DNA of 64,000 bases from contig DF237304.1 of NCBI GenBank assembly GCA_000708835.1, positions 31,005 to 95,004 of the forward strand, written 5' to 3'. The translations under genes and the position numbers were made by a program. Within the stretch, counting starts at the first letter, position 1. Each line of letters opens with the position of its first letter. Origin of the DNA: Klebsormidium nitens (taxonomy: Eukaryota > Plantae > Klebsormidiophyceae). The notes beneath the pieces were generated by a model. That model searched no databases. It worked only from the letters and a program-made list of their open reading frames with translations, and was not told where the DNA came from. Positions 1 through 13,284 of the stretch are shown here, piece after piece.

Positions 1-348
1 ATGGTATAATGGTACTATACCCATCCCCTGCCAATCATTTGGCGTTTGAACGGCTCATCCTGGGACGTCAGAACCTCCACGCATCCCAATCCCGTGACAG
101 CGAGGTTTACTTTCGTACACTTCTCCGCTTCCTCTTGCCTGCCCTGCGAGCGCTTGTGTACTTACGACTTTGCTCCCGTCTGCCAGCCTTGAAGTTTGAC
201 CCCCAGAATTTGACAGAACAATGTTGGCAATGTTTTCCCAGCAGTCCCGCGTTTCGTCACGGATCAGATACTGGATGCGCGGTAAGATCGTTACATCTAC
301 AGCCTAGCTAGTCTCCATGTCTTGAATTTGTTTCCTACAAGATGTGCC

Positions 349-650
349 TTTCTTCTGCAGGCAACAGATTGCGTCGGGCGGCCAGTCCCCGCGGGCCCTC
401 CTGGCGACCGTTCTCCAGTGCGTCTGGCGCTGTGTCGCTCTGAACCAGATTAAAAGTGTAAACCCAAGGTTAACACGCAACCCCAAAGCAACCCTACCCG
501 TCTCCCGGCCAATGACCTAAGTCAACATACGGGCTGATAGAACTGAGACTGCAATCCTGCAGGCACCACATTGCATCCGCGGGGAAATCTCCAGGGCCCT
601 CCAGGCGACCGTTCTCGAGTGCGTTTGGCTCTGTGTCGCCCTCAATCAAA
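349..650 (+). repeat. Two degenerate tandem copies (period about 200 nt) of the acceptor site plus first ~90 nt of the CFAP69 exon at 761
   Basis: cag|gcaacagattgcgtcgggcggccagtccccg...tgcgtctggcgctgtgtcgc at 361 and cag|gcaccacattgcatccgcgggg...tgtgtcgccctcaa at 563, versus the real tag|gcaccacattgcgtccggtggcc...tgtgtcgccctcaa at 761. Confidence 0.9.
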
Positions 651-760
651 TTACATTCCTGAACCAAAGCCGAACAGCAGTCCCAAATCAACTCTACCGT
701 CTCTAAAGGAACGATCTAGATCAACAGAGCCATAACTCAACATAGATCACTATCTTGTAG

Positions 761-3700
761 GCACCACATTGCGTCCGGTGGCCAATCGCCGGGAGCCCTC
801 ACGGCGACCGTTCTCGAGTGCGTCTGGCGCTGTGTCGCCCTCAACCGGAAGAATCTCGCCCGATTCCTGGTTCTCGAGGGGCTCGGTTTGCTGCTCCAGC
901 TGCTAGAAAGCTCGCGCCCGGAGATCTGGCCCGGGCTTCTCTCGTGCCTCGCTGACGTCACGGAGAACCCAAAGGTGAGTGGCTCGCTGACGTCACGATG
1001 GTTTTTCCTGGTTTCTGGTTCTCGAGGGGCTTGATTTGCTGCTTCAACTGCTGAAGGGCTCGCGCTCTGAAATCTGGCCCGGGGTCCTCTCGTGCCTCGC
1101 TGACGTCACGGAGAATTCGAAGGTGAGTGACTCTGTGACGTCACAATGGGGATTGCCTAGTTTCTGGTTCTTGAGGGGCTCGGTTTGCTGCCCAAGCTGC
1201 TCGAGGGCTCGCTCCCAGAGATCTGGCCCGGGCTTATCTCGTGCCTCGCTGACGTCACCGGGAATCCGAAAGTGAGCGCTCACTCATGTCATGCTGGACG
1301 GAGCGGGGGACTTTCTGAATGTTTCTCGGGGGGTCTATCGCTGTGATGTTCGTCTACAGCGGAGCCTGGTGGGGTAAGGGTTTAATTGTTTGGCATAGGT
1401 CTGGGGCTCCGGTGGAAGAGCTTCTACACAGATGATTTCGAGTCTTTGAAGCCGGAGACATCGTTGCGAATTTCTTGTGTTTCAGGGCATGTGGAATGCG
1501 AGCTTTACAGAGAGAAGCATGCTAGTAGGTTCTTCGCGACGCATCAACCGTATTCTAAGCTCAAGCCACCTGCTTCTAGCGCGACCATAAAGCCCCGCTT
1601 AAACATTCAGCCTGCGATAACCATTTTGCATGGTTGGAATTGTATATAACCATTGGTTTCTTTGAAATCCTGAACCATTTTTGAAACTCAGGCGCATCCG
1701 TTCTTCCACGAGTGGAGGTCCCCGACAAGTGGCGAATGTGGCGCCCAGATCGTCATCAAGGTCTGGGACCAAGCGAATGGAGGTCAGTGAAAACCAACGC
1801 CTTCTTTTTCTCGAAAGCGTTAAGACCAGGTATCTTTAGACAAGACGGCCCAGTTTCTTATGTCTTCCAACAGGCGGCGTCGCGGAGGCCATTTTCCTGT
1901 GGTTGAAGCGGCGAAATTGACAGATACGCAATATAACGACAATTTCGTGCTAAGATATTGATAAGGACCGGACTTGTGGGGTGTGAGACTATCAAAGTTG
2001 TCTGATCCACTGTAATGTCACCGACTATACTCACTCTATACTTGCACGTTTGGGCGAGTGAACAAAATAGAACAATTCGAAAAATTCAGCGACAATGCAA
2101 GTGGAACCGGAACCATTGTTCGACTGCTTGCAGGTACAAGCTCCTCCGAGGAGCTCGCCGGAATATCTCCCGTAACATCTCTGAAGGTGCGTTGCTCAGC
2201 CGAAACCTTGTGCCCTGCAGCTTTTCGCGGTCTTAAATCCACAAACACAGCTCGCAAGTTAGTTACTCTGGTCACATTCAAGACCCGCATCGATCAAGAT
2301 GAGATCGACAATAGGTTCGAAGCTTTGAATCTGGTCTTGTCTGTCGGGGGCTCTGTTGCAAGATGCGGTGCGCTGCTTTCTGAGCGCGCGAGGTGCTAAC
2401 GAAGGCCGAAGAGCTTCCTCAGACCTTCTGACGTAGTGCAATAACGTCGCCTGTTCGAGCTGACGTACGCACGGTTTAGGTTCAATTGTCGAATCAGTGA
2501 AAAGACATGAAGAACCATGGAGGAGGCGTGTCATTCTGAAAGTTCACGGTCAGATTATTCCGGGCCTTTTTGCAGGATACAATCTACGGCCTCTTCGCCA
2601 ACCTGGTCTTTTCGACGTTCCCTTATTTGAGCCACTCCGACAAAGCCAAGCTCGTTGCGGTGAGAGATTTAGCCTACTGTCTGTGTATCTTGTCTATGTT
2701 CGACGTAAGTAAGAATCAAGGCTATCGTGATTTGAAGAGTCTTTGCGCCGTTTGGATCAATTGACTTGTTCGCCGGAGATAAGGATAAGGTTATCATTAT
2801 TTGGAGAAGGCTTTTTGCATCGATTGGATTGATCGATCTGTGTCGAGACAACGTCGAAACAACGCGGGCTCATGAGAAAATCGGATCAGGAATAATCTTC
2901 ACTCTAGATCTGGCAATTCATGTATCCCCACGCCAAAATGTTCTTGAATCTCAAGATCTTCGGCAGTCGATGCTCTGCTCTGCTCGACTAATCTGTAAGG
3001 GGCGAAGTGTGCTGTCTGATTAAGAGATGCCGAAAGGGCAGAGTAGATAACAACCAAGCAGCAAAGACGCCTATAGTTGATGCAGCTTTGCAAAAGATAC
3101 CCAGACTTTTCACTCACCCCTAGTTGGAACTCCTTTGCAGATCGAGCAGCACATCCAGTTCCAGGAGGGCCGCGCCTGGGCTGACATCGAGCGCGCGCTC
3201 GCGGCCGCGGGCGTCGTCCCCGTGGAGGACGACGCGGCCATGCTCGCGCGCAGGCGGGCCGCGGTGGACGCGGCCGCGCGGCGCGTCGCGGAGGAGCGCG
3301 CGCGCGCGGACCAGCTCGCCAGTCAGGTGAGATTGGCGGCCGCCCCTGAGGAGAAGCTTTGCCGCTGACGAGGGCTCGACCGAGAGATGCATCGCAGTAG
3401 TTCTGAATGTCCCTGCGCCTATGTGCCTACTGGCGGATCAGAATCCGCACCTTTGAGCTTTCTGTTTGTCAGAATGACCAAAATGCAGACAGGTGGGGAC
3501 GTACGAGGAACGATTTTTTTCTGGATCTGCTAGAGATGTACTCCAAGGAGTGCACTCCATTGGGTCACATTTTTCCACTTTTGATTGCCTCGACGACTTC
3601 TGTTGGTGCTCCATTGAGCCGTCGCATAGCCAGCGTAGCATTCTAGTCCAGTACAATACGCATTAAGAGAGTCATGCGCAGAGGAACGAGGAATTGACTA

Positions 3701-4615
3701 GCGGTACTCTTTGAAGAACGCTGTTGATGTTCCTCTCGCCTCCTCGCCTCCGGAACTGTTTTCGTTCTACTTTCGATTCGAACGTGCATCATCGTACCCC
3801 ACAATTGGCTCTTTTCAGATTACATCCTTGTAACCTTGATCCTAGCGCGCTTACGTCAGCATGCCGTCACCTTCGCAGGAGGTTGCGGCCCGCGAGGCCG
3901 CCTTTTATGCGAGCCTGACGCGGCAGCGCGAGGAGGAGGCGGCCGCGCGGCGCAAGAAGGGGACGGGCACGATGACCATGCGCGAGCGACACGTGAGTGC
4001 GCGCGCGTCGCAGTTTACAGCGGTGCATTGATTCGCACACGCGGAGGTTTTGCGTACGTACTGTGTCCCTGCCATGGGCGATTCGAGGGCGTCTCGTCGG
4101 CGCAATTCCAAATGCTGAAACCACAACGCGGTTTGACTTCTGACGTTACAGTAGTCGCTGCCGTCTTCGCCGAGGGCACATGGTGTTGTTCGTGCAGTCG
4201 GAGAAGGCGACATTTGTGCTTGGTTCTTGATCTTGGGCCGTTTTCGAAAGGAAGCTCAACCTAATCCAAGAGTCTGGACTGACGTGGCTGCGGCAACATT
4301 CTCTCCATTGCTCGTAGTGCATGCCTTCGTTAGACTCCGTTCAAATTTGTGCGAGACTCCTCTTGTACCTGGTTTGATGGCCGGAATGGCTACGACCAAA
4401 AGGCCTTGGTCCCGGTTGTCTTCCAAGGGCCCGTACTATTCTCCTGAGTCAAAGTTGCATGCCTAGAGGCCACCACAGATTTTTCCGGAATATGTGACGG
4501 TTGATCAATCTCCTATGGCAGCTGGCCAAGATTCAAAAGGAGCAGATGCTGGAGCGCTCCGTTCAGAGCACGGAGTTCGCCTTTCCGACCGCGGCGAGCG
4601 CTTCAAACGCTAACG
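761..4615 (+). CDS. CFAP69: Cilia- and flagella-associated protein 69, 3' part (5' exons lie upstream of the window; last exon uncertain)
   Basis: Phase-consistent GT-AG exons 761-974, 1692-1782, 2134-2186, 2576-2659, 3141-3326, 3879-3992, 4522-4615 give ...TATVLECVWRCVALNRKNLARFLVLEGLGLLLQLLESSRPEIWPGLLSCLADVTENPK-AHPFFHEW...IVIKVW...DTIYGLFANLVFSTFPYLSHSDKAKLVA-IEQHIQFQEGRAWADIERALAAAGVVPVEDD...LAKIQKEQMLERS. This matches the order of conserved blocks I recall for the CFAP69 C-terminal half. Confidence 0.7.
1005..1275 (+). repeat. Two degenerate tandem copies (period about 150 nt) of the 3' half plus donor site of the CFAP69 exon ending at 974
   Basis: ctggttctcgaggggct...atctggcccggg...tcgtgcctcgctgacgtcac...aag|gtgag recurs ending near 1121 and 1271. 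Confidence 0.9.
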
Positions 4616-4815
4616 GTGCGTCGGGACAAACTCATCTCAACTCAACTTTTCGTGTATCTTGTTTCATTTGAATCTACTCTTTGTCGACGGGTGTTCGTGA
4701 CTCTACTTTCTAATCTCTTTACGAACGTGATTAGGCGAAGGCCGCCGATGTCAGGAACGAGGTCCAGACTTGGATGATGGTTGAATCGTTTCTGTTTGTC
4801 AAGGCTGAAAGATTT

Positions 4816-6450
4816 CTATGCGTAGCGTTTAAATGGGGATCCGCACGAGGCTCGCCAGAGGCGTTTGAATCGCTCTCCTCTGAACAAAAAAACAGAGGAG
4901 TAGGACAAAGCGACCAGGTAAAGTGCCAAAATCCTTAGCAGCTGCGTGCTTGGTTCGTAGGATGGAAGATTGTCAATCTCGCCAAGTGATCGGCTTTTCA
5001 GCGTGATAGTACTGCAGAAAAAGTCGGATACACCCATTGCTGACTCGGATGCTTGCCACCTCGGCGGTTGAGCATTGCAGGAACGTCTGGCTTTTGCATC
5101 TTTCTCGTTCGTCCAGCAATTCGCTACCTGAAATCCGCTTAGATTCTGTGAGGACACTTCATCTAAGTTTATCCAACTGGCAGTGAGCTGGCAACGGCAT
5201 GTTCCTTCATTTGAGCGCTTCCTGAGTGCTGCGCTAGTGTCTTACTCTATCTAGATGATTGTCCGGTTCATCAACACTACTGTATTCGGTTTCCCATTCT
5301 GGGCCCAATCTATACTTTTCGGAGCGCAGATGCATTGACCATGAGAAGCCTATCAAAAAGTCTCTGCTCTTTGGCTGCAGAACAACCAGTGACGAACGGT
5401 GACCCAGCAAACCCGTCCTAGGTCAGATGGATCAGACTGTAGGGAGGTGCCCGAATGAACCCACGAATGAAGTGAAAGCCGGTATTTCGGAAAGGCCGCT
5501 GATTGATCGAACAATCGTCACGGTGATTTGTACGTACATAAATCCAATGTGGCTCGAACGAAGTTGAGCTGAGACCACTTCCGTCCCCAACGGGAATGAT
5601 CGGCGTTTGCGACGTAAAGTGTCTGAGTCGCATGCTCATGCCATTCAAGTATATGCAAGCATTGTATGTTGCCAACTCGCTAGTAGAGCGATCTAGACGA
5701 GCATGCACGTTGCTGACGCCCTCAAACTTTTCCGCGTGCTTCCGGAACACCGGGATACAAGGCGCGTCGAGTTCAAGTGTTTGAAGGACTATGCCGAGCT
5801 CTTGTTTTGAGGTGAGCATCTACATCTGCATATGTGTTTACACGGTACGAATAACATATACGTATAACATGTGGCTGATGAGACAGATTTAGCCAACCCA
5901 GTGGGGTACTCCTCGTAAAACGGTGTCCTTTCGTGTCGCATTGCGATTGTGTGGCCCGTCCTTCTCAATCTGGTTGATGAGTCACGCCTCTTGAACAGTT
6001 CGAAGGTCAGACCCTCCATGTGGTCCACTAATCCGATCAATCATGTGTACGTCCCTATACTGTTAATGGCGGAGCCTGGAGTACATCAGGCTTTGTCAAA
6101 ACCATAACATGCGGCCTGACATATATCCATCCCGATTTGAATGGCCGGGATAACCTTTTACAACTCTGAGCATCATTCTTTGTGGCAGCAACGTAGGATG
6201 CTGCTGCATACGGTAGTCGCACACAAGTCCGAGTCGCCGGCGGCAGGGCCGCGGACCCCACGGAACAACCTGGCGGAACGGCATGATCTGCGGGCGGAAG
6301 CGGAAGCCGCACACACGTGCTTGGCAGCTGGCTCCAGCTGGCAGGTTGTGCAGTCTCCTGACTCCTGCATCGGGGGTCACTGGTGAAGTCAGAAATCCGG
6401 GCAGTGGAACTTGGGAGGGAAAATCCCTGTCCTTGCATATGAATCATGAT
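4816..6450 (-). pseudogene. Decayed coding relic of an unknown family containing an internally repeated domain
   Basis: Broken ORFs carry FEPHWIYVR...IRAPPYSL (around 5560-5430) and FKSGWIYVR...LQAPPLTV (around 6140-6060), plus a Cys-rich stretch (CTTC...HVC...VC..CC). They are interrupted by stops and frameshifts. Confidence 0.3.
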
Positions 6451-7024
6451 TCAGGGGAAGGGAAATCCCTGTCCTTGATTCGAAGGCCCAGGGCGCAGTG
6501 TGAACTTTGAAGGCTATGTACGTGAAGGCTCTGAAACGCTGGTGTACTTTGCCCCCTGAAAGTTCTTCCCAATTTTAGATTTTGCCCTTCTCTTCTTGGG
6601 GGAGGGTTGAAAGGTTGCATGCAGCACTTCTGGAACATTGTTTGAGCAATCAAGGAGAGCTTGAACTGTTGGAAGCCCCTAATTGAGCTGCATCTGGTGG
6701 TGGTTGAGGTAGCTGAAAGCACGGACTTTGCTCTGCTGTTCAAAGTCCAGCAAGGTTGGCTATTGTGCATATCTCGGAAGGATATCCTAAGGGCTGATAG
6801 GTTGCTGTTGGAATCACAATTTATCAAGTCAAATAAGGAGTTCCAACAATCACTGTTCGATAGAGAAACACCAGACAAATCTTGCGGACACCCCGGAAAC
6901 GAGAGCCGTCAAAGCGTGGCTTGAACTAAGCTGCCAGATATTACGGCATAGCTCAGCACTACTCCCAGGTTTTCAAGCTGGTCGGACTTTTTCTGAGCTC
7001 TGCGGAGCGACATCCATAGTAGGA

Positions 7025-10000
7025 ATGTTCACCTACTTCTTTACAGCGAGTGCGGATGGTTTGGGGCAGGGGCCAGTCACACCAGCGGCCATTTACACCA
7101 GCAACCGCTTCTGCCCGCACCAACCACACATTGCAGCCCTGTCCAGCTTGTCTGCTAGCGGATTGCAGTGCCGGTGCGGGCAGGTTTTCAAAGATGCGGG
7201 CGCGTTTGCTATTTTACCTCCGGGGGATCCCCTTATGGTAGATCAGGTGAGTCAGACTTTTGCAGTTTGCAGTTTGCTATCTGGTTTTTAAGCATTAGAC
7301 TTGGACCACGGGGAAACGATCTTATTGGCCTCACTGCACGCTAGGTTTGTGTTTCTCAGGTGAAGCAGGGCCAAGTTGTTCCACAGAAATGCACAGACTC
7401 TCACAACAAGCCCCCTCAGCAGGTTTTGTTGCAGCTCAAGGGTCACCCTCCTGGTTTTTGCTCACCTGTTCAGAAATCATGCGGGCGCCTGCCCGTCCTA
7501 AAGCAGATTGCTCTCAATCTCATACTGAGTATTCGTTTGGAAACATCAACCTTTTGATCATCATAAGCTCTTCCTTTGCTCTTTTTGGTAAAAGACATTA
7601 ACTTTGAGTCCGCAATGAGAACCCCCGGGCCGCTTGGCGAGAACCCCGCGCAAATGGCACAAAGCAACGTGTCCTCACAATAAAGCTCACCATCTGCATG
7701 ACACTTGACGTACTCCCCAGAAACTTTTCAAAATGTCAGGCGAAATAGACTGACATTTTGAAGCTTACTACAGTGCGCGCCACGTGACAGGTCCATTCCT
7801 TCGCGCTGACAGCCAGTGATGGCGCCCGCACCTACGGCTTCTGCCGGCACATTGCTCCCTTTGGGGGAGACTTGAAAGGCCCTGTTCAGCCGACGGTCGC
7901 ATGCATCCTGTCCAGCCACTACTGGCCCAGCGTATTCCAAGAAGTGCTCACAGTCTTGGAAGCGCTCCTCTCGACGCCGCTCGATTCAACCGCCCCCCAA
8001 ACAGGGCCTTCTGAATGGCTGGCGCCCCACTCCCCGGCCAGTCAATTCTTGGAGGCCCTGTTGGAGACCCGGTTGCCGCCGCCGGGAGACCTTTTCTCAG
8101 TCCGCAGAGTCATCTCCAAACAGCAAGTGGACCATCCCCCTCCAGAACAGGGCCTCTCGCCCCTGCACCTTCTAGACGCGTCCCCGGTGAATGTGCTGGG
8201 TTTGGAGGGGGGGGGCATTGCCTGGGCCGACAGACTCAAATCGACCCCCCCTGACGAGAGTCCTTCCGGAGTCCTCGACGCCTTTGACGCTAACAACCCC
8301 TTCGACCCCCCTTTGTACGACACCGATGTGTCCCCTCCCCAAACACGCCCCGACACCCCCGCACTATCGTCCCCCGACTCACAACCTCCCCCCCCGGATC
8401 AAGCCCCTGACGACCCTCCCGCCAGTCCAAGCAATGACAGTTCCTTCAGCAGTTTCTCTAGCTTGGGCTTTATTTCCCCCGAAGTGCCGCACTTAGAGGG
8501 AGCCACCAGCCCGCCACGTCGCGACGCGGCTGAAAACGGGGCCTCGGAGCCGAGTGTGAGCGGCAGGCTGGAGGGCTGGGAGCTGGTGTACAGTTTCGAG
8601 AGGCCATGGGACGTGGAGGGGGATCCCCTGGCGGACGCGTCGCTGGAGCCCCTCCTGAGGTTGGTCCCGCCGCAAGTGGTGAGCGACCCGTGATCCCGTT
8701 CCACTCGTGATTCCGTTCGACTCTTAATTCCGTTTTTCAGGATTGAGACTCCTTTCCTTTTGTGCGCTTACTCGCGTCCCTGCAGTCAGGCGCTTGTACG
8801 GAACGGCAGGTTTACGTATCGCCACTATATCTGATCCCGCCGGCTTATCTTTCCTTGCTGTTCCCATTGGAAGTAGTGAGTGTGGGACACCTGGGAGTCA
8901 AGTTCTGAGTATCATTGGTCGACTTTGCGACTGACTTGGTTCTACCGCCCCCCTCTTGTCGGCTGGCATTCCCATGCCAAGTCTTGGAGGTTTTTGGGTC
9001 TTGGCGTTCACCAACTCATGGCGCGATCGCATACTGGCAACCAGTAGTGGCTCTTTTCAGATGCATATACACTTTCAACCCTTTGTTGAAGTAACTCACG
9101 TTTGCTTCTGTCTATAATTCTTGGTCGTAACCCTCATCTAGCTGACTTCATCCTGGTGTCAAGAGAGGAGGTTGAATGTAGATGACGGCTCTGAAAGGGA
9201 GCCCGCCTGGTCGAAAACCCTCGTGTTACGCCTCCAACTCTTTGAATCTTCTAAAGTGTATATTCTCTTCAACGATGTTGCTTTCCGCTGGATTGGCCCT
9301 GGGTCATGTGTCCGCTTTCAAGCAACGCCTCTTTCTCTTCCAAGGTATGTAATTGATGATTCTTCTCGTGCTTCACGGGTTTTGACCATGTGAGGAACCC
9401 CTCGAAACCGCTCCTATTCTCCGGAAGAACGTCCCGCTTGTTACGCTTGTTATGGTGAAAACCCGTTTCGCGTCAGAAGCATGCTCCGTAAATTCAAGCA
9501 GAAGGAATCGTAATTTCGACCAAACCCGTTCACAATGCAGAACGAGACATCCGAAACCAGTTTGACAAATCTTTCTGCTTTTGCGAGCGAACAATCTTGA
9601 GGCATTTCTTGTGTGTCTGACCAGTCCTTCTGTTTTTCCGCAGTTGGTGGCCCTTCTTGCGGCTCTCCTGCGCGAACGACGCATCGCTATCGTCGGACCG
9701 AGCCCCGGTGACGTTAGCGGCGCCGTGTTCGCTCTCGCGGCCATTCTCCACCCCTTCCAATGGCAGCACATCTTTCTACCGGTAAGTAATCCGCCCGGTT
9801 TCAGAGCCTTTGAAAGCTTTTCTGAGTTGCTCAACGTTCTTCCTCGTGACTGCGGGCTTCAAGAAGGGAGCGGTTGACCGTGGGAGAGAACAGTGCAGTT
9901 TCGACCGCAACATTTCTTGCCATGTGCGCAGTGTAATTTGGAAGGGCACCTTGGTCTTTGCTTGGCAGAATCATTGCATCTGAGCTGAACAGGGGTCGCT

Positions 10001-12351
10001 ACATCAGACCTGCTGGTGTGTGTCTCAATTGCAATCGGAACGAGCGTCTCTTTGTGCTTCTCTTTGGCCTCGGCACTTTGTACTTCGCTCGAGAAAGGGG
10101 TCGTCAGCTTCTAATGGTACATATTCATACTTCGATGATTTGGCTCTTTGCTGATCAAGCCTCCAACCTCTATTACCACGGTTCAACTGTCGCCCTGCCG
10201 TTTAAGACCCCGCTCGAGACGTTAGGAGGTCCATAAAGATGCAAGTCAAGTGCGCTGGCACATTTCAAGTGTTCTCGCAGGATTGTCGATGTTCGCTCGT
10301 TGTGGGCTTTCATACAAGCTGACTCGCGCGCAACAAGCACCCGTGTTGCGCAGGTGGCCAGCTGACCATCTATCGGGTCGCTCCTCTAGTTCCTGACCAC
10401 CTGTAAGATTCTCATTAGGGAACATAGTCACTCAAGGAGGCTCGAAGATTGGAGACTTACGAAGGTTTTCTATATGTGTGCCCTTCTTTTTGCAGACCCT
10501 TCCGGAGGCGTTTCTGCATTACCTGTCGGCGCCAATGCCTTTCCTCGTTGGGGTACAGAGTGCCACGTGGCAGAAGCTGCAAGTAAGCGCGTAATCTTGC
10601 TACCTCCGCACCTGAACAGACAGGCATGTGTCATTCTTTGCGTTTTCGGACTGCCGTTGAGTGTTCTGCTTCGATCATACCAGAATTGATTCAGAATGCC
10701 AAACCTTAACGGGGCGTCTCTTCGTCCTCAGGCCAGATGTTTCTGATCATTGAATCGAAACCGTGTCGGCTGAAGACTTGCACTTCTCAATGGCACGTGG
10801 TTGACCCTGATTCTGTCTATCCCGCTTTTCTTTGCAGAGCGAGGACATTTCTTTGGGCGACATCGTGGTGCTCGACCTGGGCCTTGGGTCGCTCTTCTCC
10901 TCCTTCCCCGACCGCAAAGAACTTCCCAAAGATCCCGCCTCTAGTTTAGAGACCAACCTGCGGGCCGCCTATTCACACCTCTCCCCCCCCGCCGCACGCG
11001 ACGCATTCCTCCGCTTCTTCCTCTCCCTATTCGGCTGGTACCGACGCTTCGTCCGCTTCGACGGGGGGGGGCACGTGGCACGCCCGGATTCGCCGTTCGG
11101 GGGTCCGTCCGCCACGTGTCACCTGTGGTTCGACCACCGGACGTTCGTGGAGAGCGTCCGGGATAAGAAGACGGCCGCGTTTCTGAACGGCTTCCAGGGC
11201 TCGCAGATGTACGAGGCGTTCGTGAGGGAGGTCCTTGCGAGGGCTGCTCGGTGCGCTAGCGGAGAAGACCCGTTCTCGACTGAGGTGCGCCCGGGTTTCG
11301 TCATCGCTTCTGGTCGTCGCAAAGTCAGTCTGGATATCCATTTTATACCACTTTTGTACGGCTGTCCTTCACTTCCACAAAGAGGATCCTTTCCCAACCG
11401 AGGTGAGGCTAGGTCTGCCATTTTCGGTCGTTGCAAAGTTAAAATGAATGTCCTCTTTGGCCGGGTTCCGTAGGGCTTTATTTTGCTTCCTCATATGTAA
11501 CCTTTTTTTACCACGGAAGTAAGCCTTGGTTATATCTTTCCTCTATTGCTCATCGATCACGTGTCTTGCTTTCCGAATTCGGGTATTGTTCTCTGTGGAG
11601 GCATCTCTGTTGTTCCTCTTGCCCGAGGGCGATTTTCGTCCTTTTACCATGTTCAGCGCCCCCAGCGCCCTCAAGAAGGCCCAAATGAATTTTAAAATGA
11701 GGGGAGGGGCCAAGACGGGCATGCGTGACCGTATGAGTACGGGGCGTGTTAGATACTCTTGTGGCCATTCTGGTTGTGCGCTTGTTTATCTGCATTTTGC
11801 TTTCGGCCGTTACGAAAGTGCAAGCGATCGCGGTCGGACTACATCTGCTGCATCTCTCCCTTTCTCTTCGTCCCTCGCTCCTTCTTATTTTCTTTGTTGC
11901 TATATGCGCTCGAATGAAGAGGGCTCCCTCGGAGCAGGAAGCTTGTTTATTGAAGTCTTCTAGCTTTGAGCCATGCCGGCTCCGTTTCATCAACTTGTTT
12001 CTTGCATATTTGACTCGGGTTTCTGCCTCACTTTCTTTCCGGGTTCTTGAAATGAGCATTTCGAGCTATGAAGAGCTTACATTGAATCAAATTATTCTGT
12101 GTTGGTGGAAGGAGGCCAATGCTTCACACTATTCAAAGATTAACAGGGCGAGGCGAGGAACAGTTTGATCTACAAAAATTTTCCTTTTCAGTTCATCTGC
12201 TCGTTTGTGTTGGAAACGGTTACGAGTCAAAATGCTTAAACCCGAAGTACTCACACGTCCTCAACGCTCATGCTCTCCAAACATGAAGTCTGACTTTTCG
12301 ATCTGCATATGATTCGTGCAGGTTCGAAGACTCTATGATCAGAGTTCCTAA
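7025..12351 (+). CDS. DENN-domain protein (uDENN-cDENN-dDENN; putative Rab GEF)
   Basis: Exons 7025-7246 (MFTYFFTAS...), probably 7360-?, ~7791-8678 (HSFALTASDGARTYGFCRH...VACILSSHYWPSVFQEVL, Pro/Ser-rich insert, LEPLLRLVPPQV), 9644-9781 (LVALLAALLRERRIAIVG...AILHPFQWQHIFLP), 10496-10582 (TLPEAFLHYLSAPMPFLVGVQS), 10838-11284 (DIVVLDL...DAFLRFFLSLFGWYRRF...FQGSQMYEAFV) and tentative last exon 12322-12351. These are classical DENN motifs. Confidence 0.85.
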
Positions 12352-13284
12352 AGGTGGTCTGTGTAGGCTTCCTTCGTTGACGCATGGGGTTACATGAGGA
12401 CGAGGCCTTTCAAACAGCGTATCTGCAATCCAATTCAACGGCTTGCTTGAGCATGGCTATGACCTAGACCCTTCAGAAGGACACTCCAGATTCGAGTCTG
12501 GCTTTATAATGCAAGTGTTGTGAGTTCCTGCCAGTTGCATGCACGGCAATATGCGCGCCCGCCAGCATAAATTTCGATTGTCATGGGCACTTGCAGCAAG
12601 CCAAGTAGCGTAATCGTGGCCTTTAGCTAGTCACTGTCGGGTTATTGCACCTACCTCAAATGTCATGCATGTCTAAGAATGGCAATTGGCATGACACGGT
12701 TGTATATCGCACGGTAAGCTGCCATGTATTTGCTTGTACTTGAGTTGGGATCGGATCTAATCCATGCATGTTGAAATGAAAATAGCGCTCTTCTTGACAT
12801 ATTTCAGACTCCTTACTGGCTGCAAGTTCATGTTGATCAGCTTCTCAGCTAGGCTCCTGCATCCCCTCGGTGAACTTCGGCAATCACACTCTTGATCGAA
12901 TGTTGCAAATGGATCATAACGAAATTGCACCATATGAATTCATCATATCATTTCATCATTTGCAATTAGTAGGGAGACAATTATACCGTTGAACGCGGTC
13001 AGAAGTGTTATAACATTCATAGGGGTATATATCCTGACTGATATGTCCAAAAGCCGGTGACAATGCAGAATTAACTGCTATATACGTGCTGACGTGCGCG
13101 CTAGTTTGTGAACAAGGCAACTCGAACAAATGTTCCTAACCGCACACAGCCGGCATAACTTTATGCACGCCTGCCAGGCGCTATCCATGCTGCAAACTGG
13201 AGTGCCAACTTGAATGAGGTATCAAATGCATTGTGCTGAATTACGATTTTGTTGCACAGGGTCGGCCCGCGAATGCGAGAATGC

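Noticed and set aside
1874-1920. Possible CFAP69 exon after ccaacag
   Set aside because: The in-phase reading hits a stop and no compatible donor was found.
11500-13250. Long overlapping ORFs of 140-169 aa on both strands
   Set aside because: No recognisable domain or consistent splice structure; probably DENN intron/UTR and intergenic DNA.
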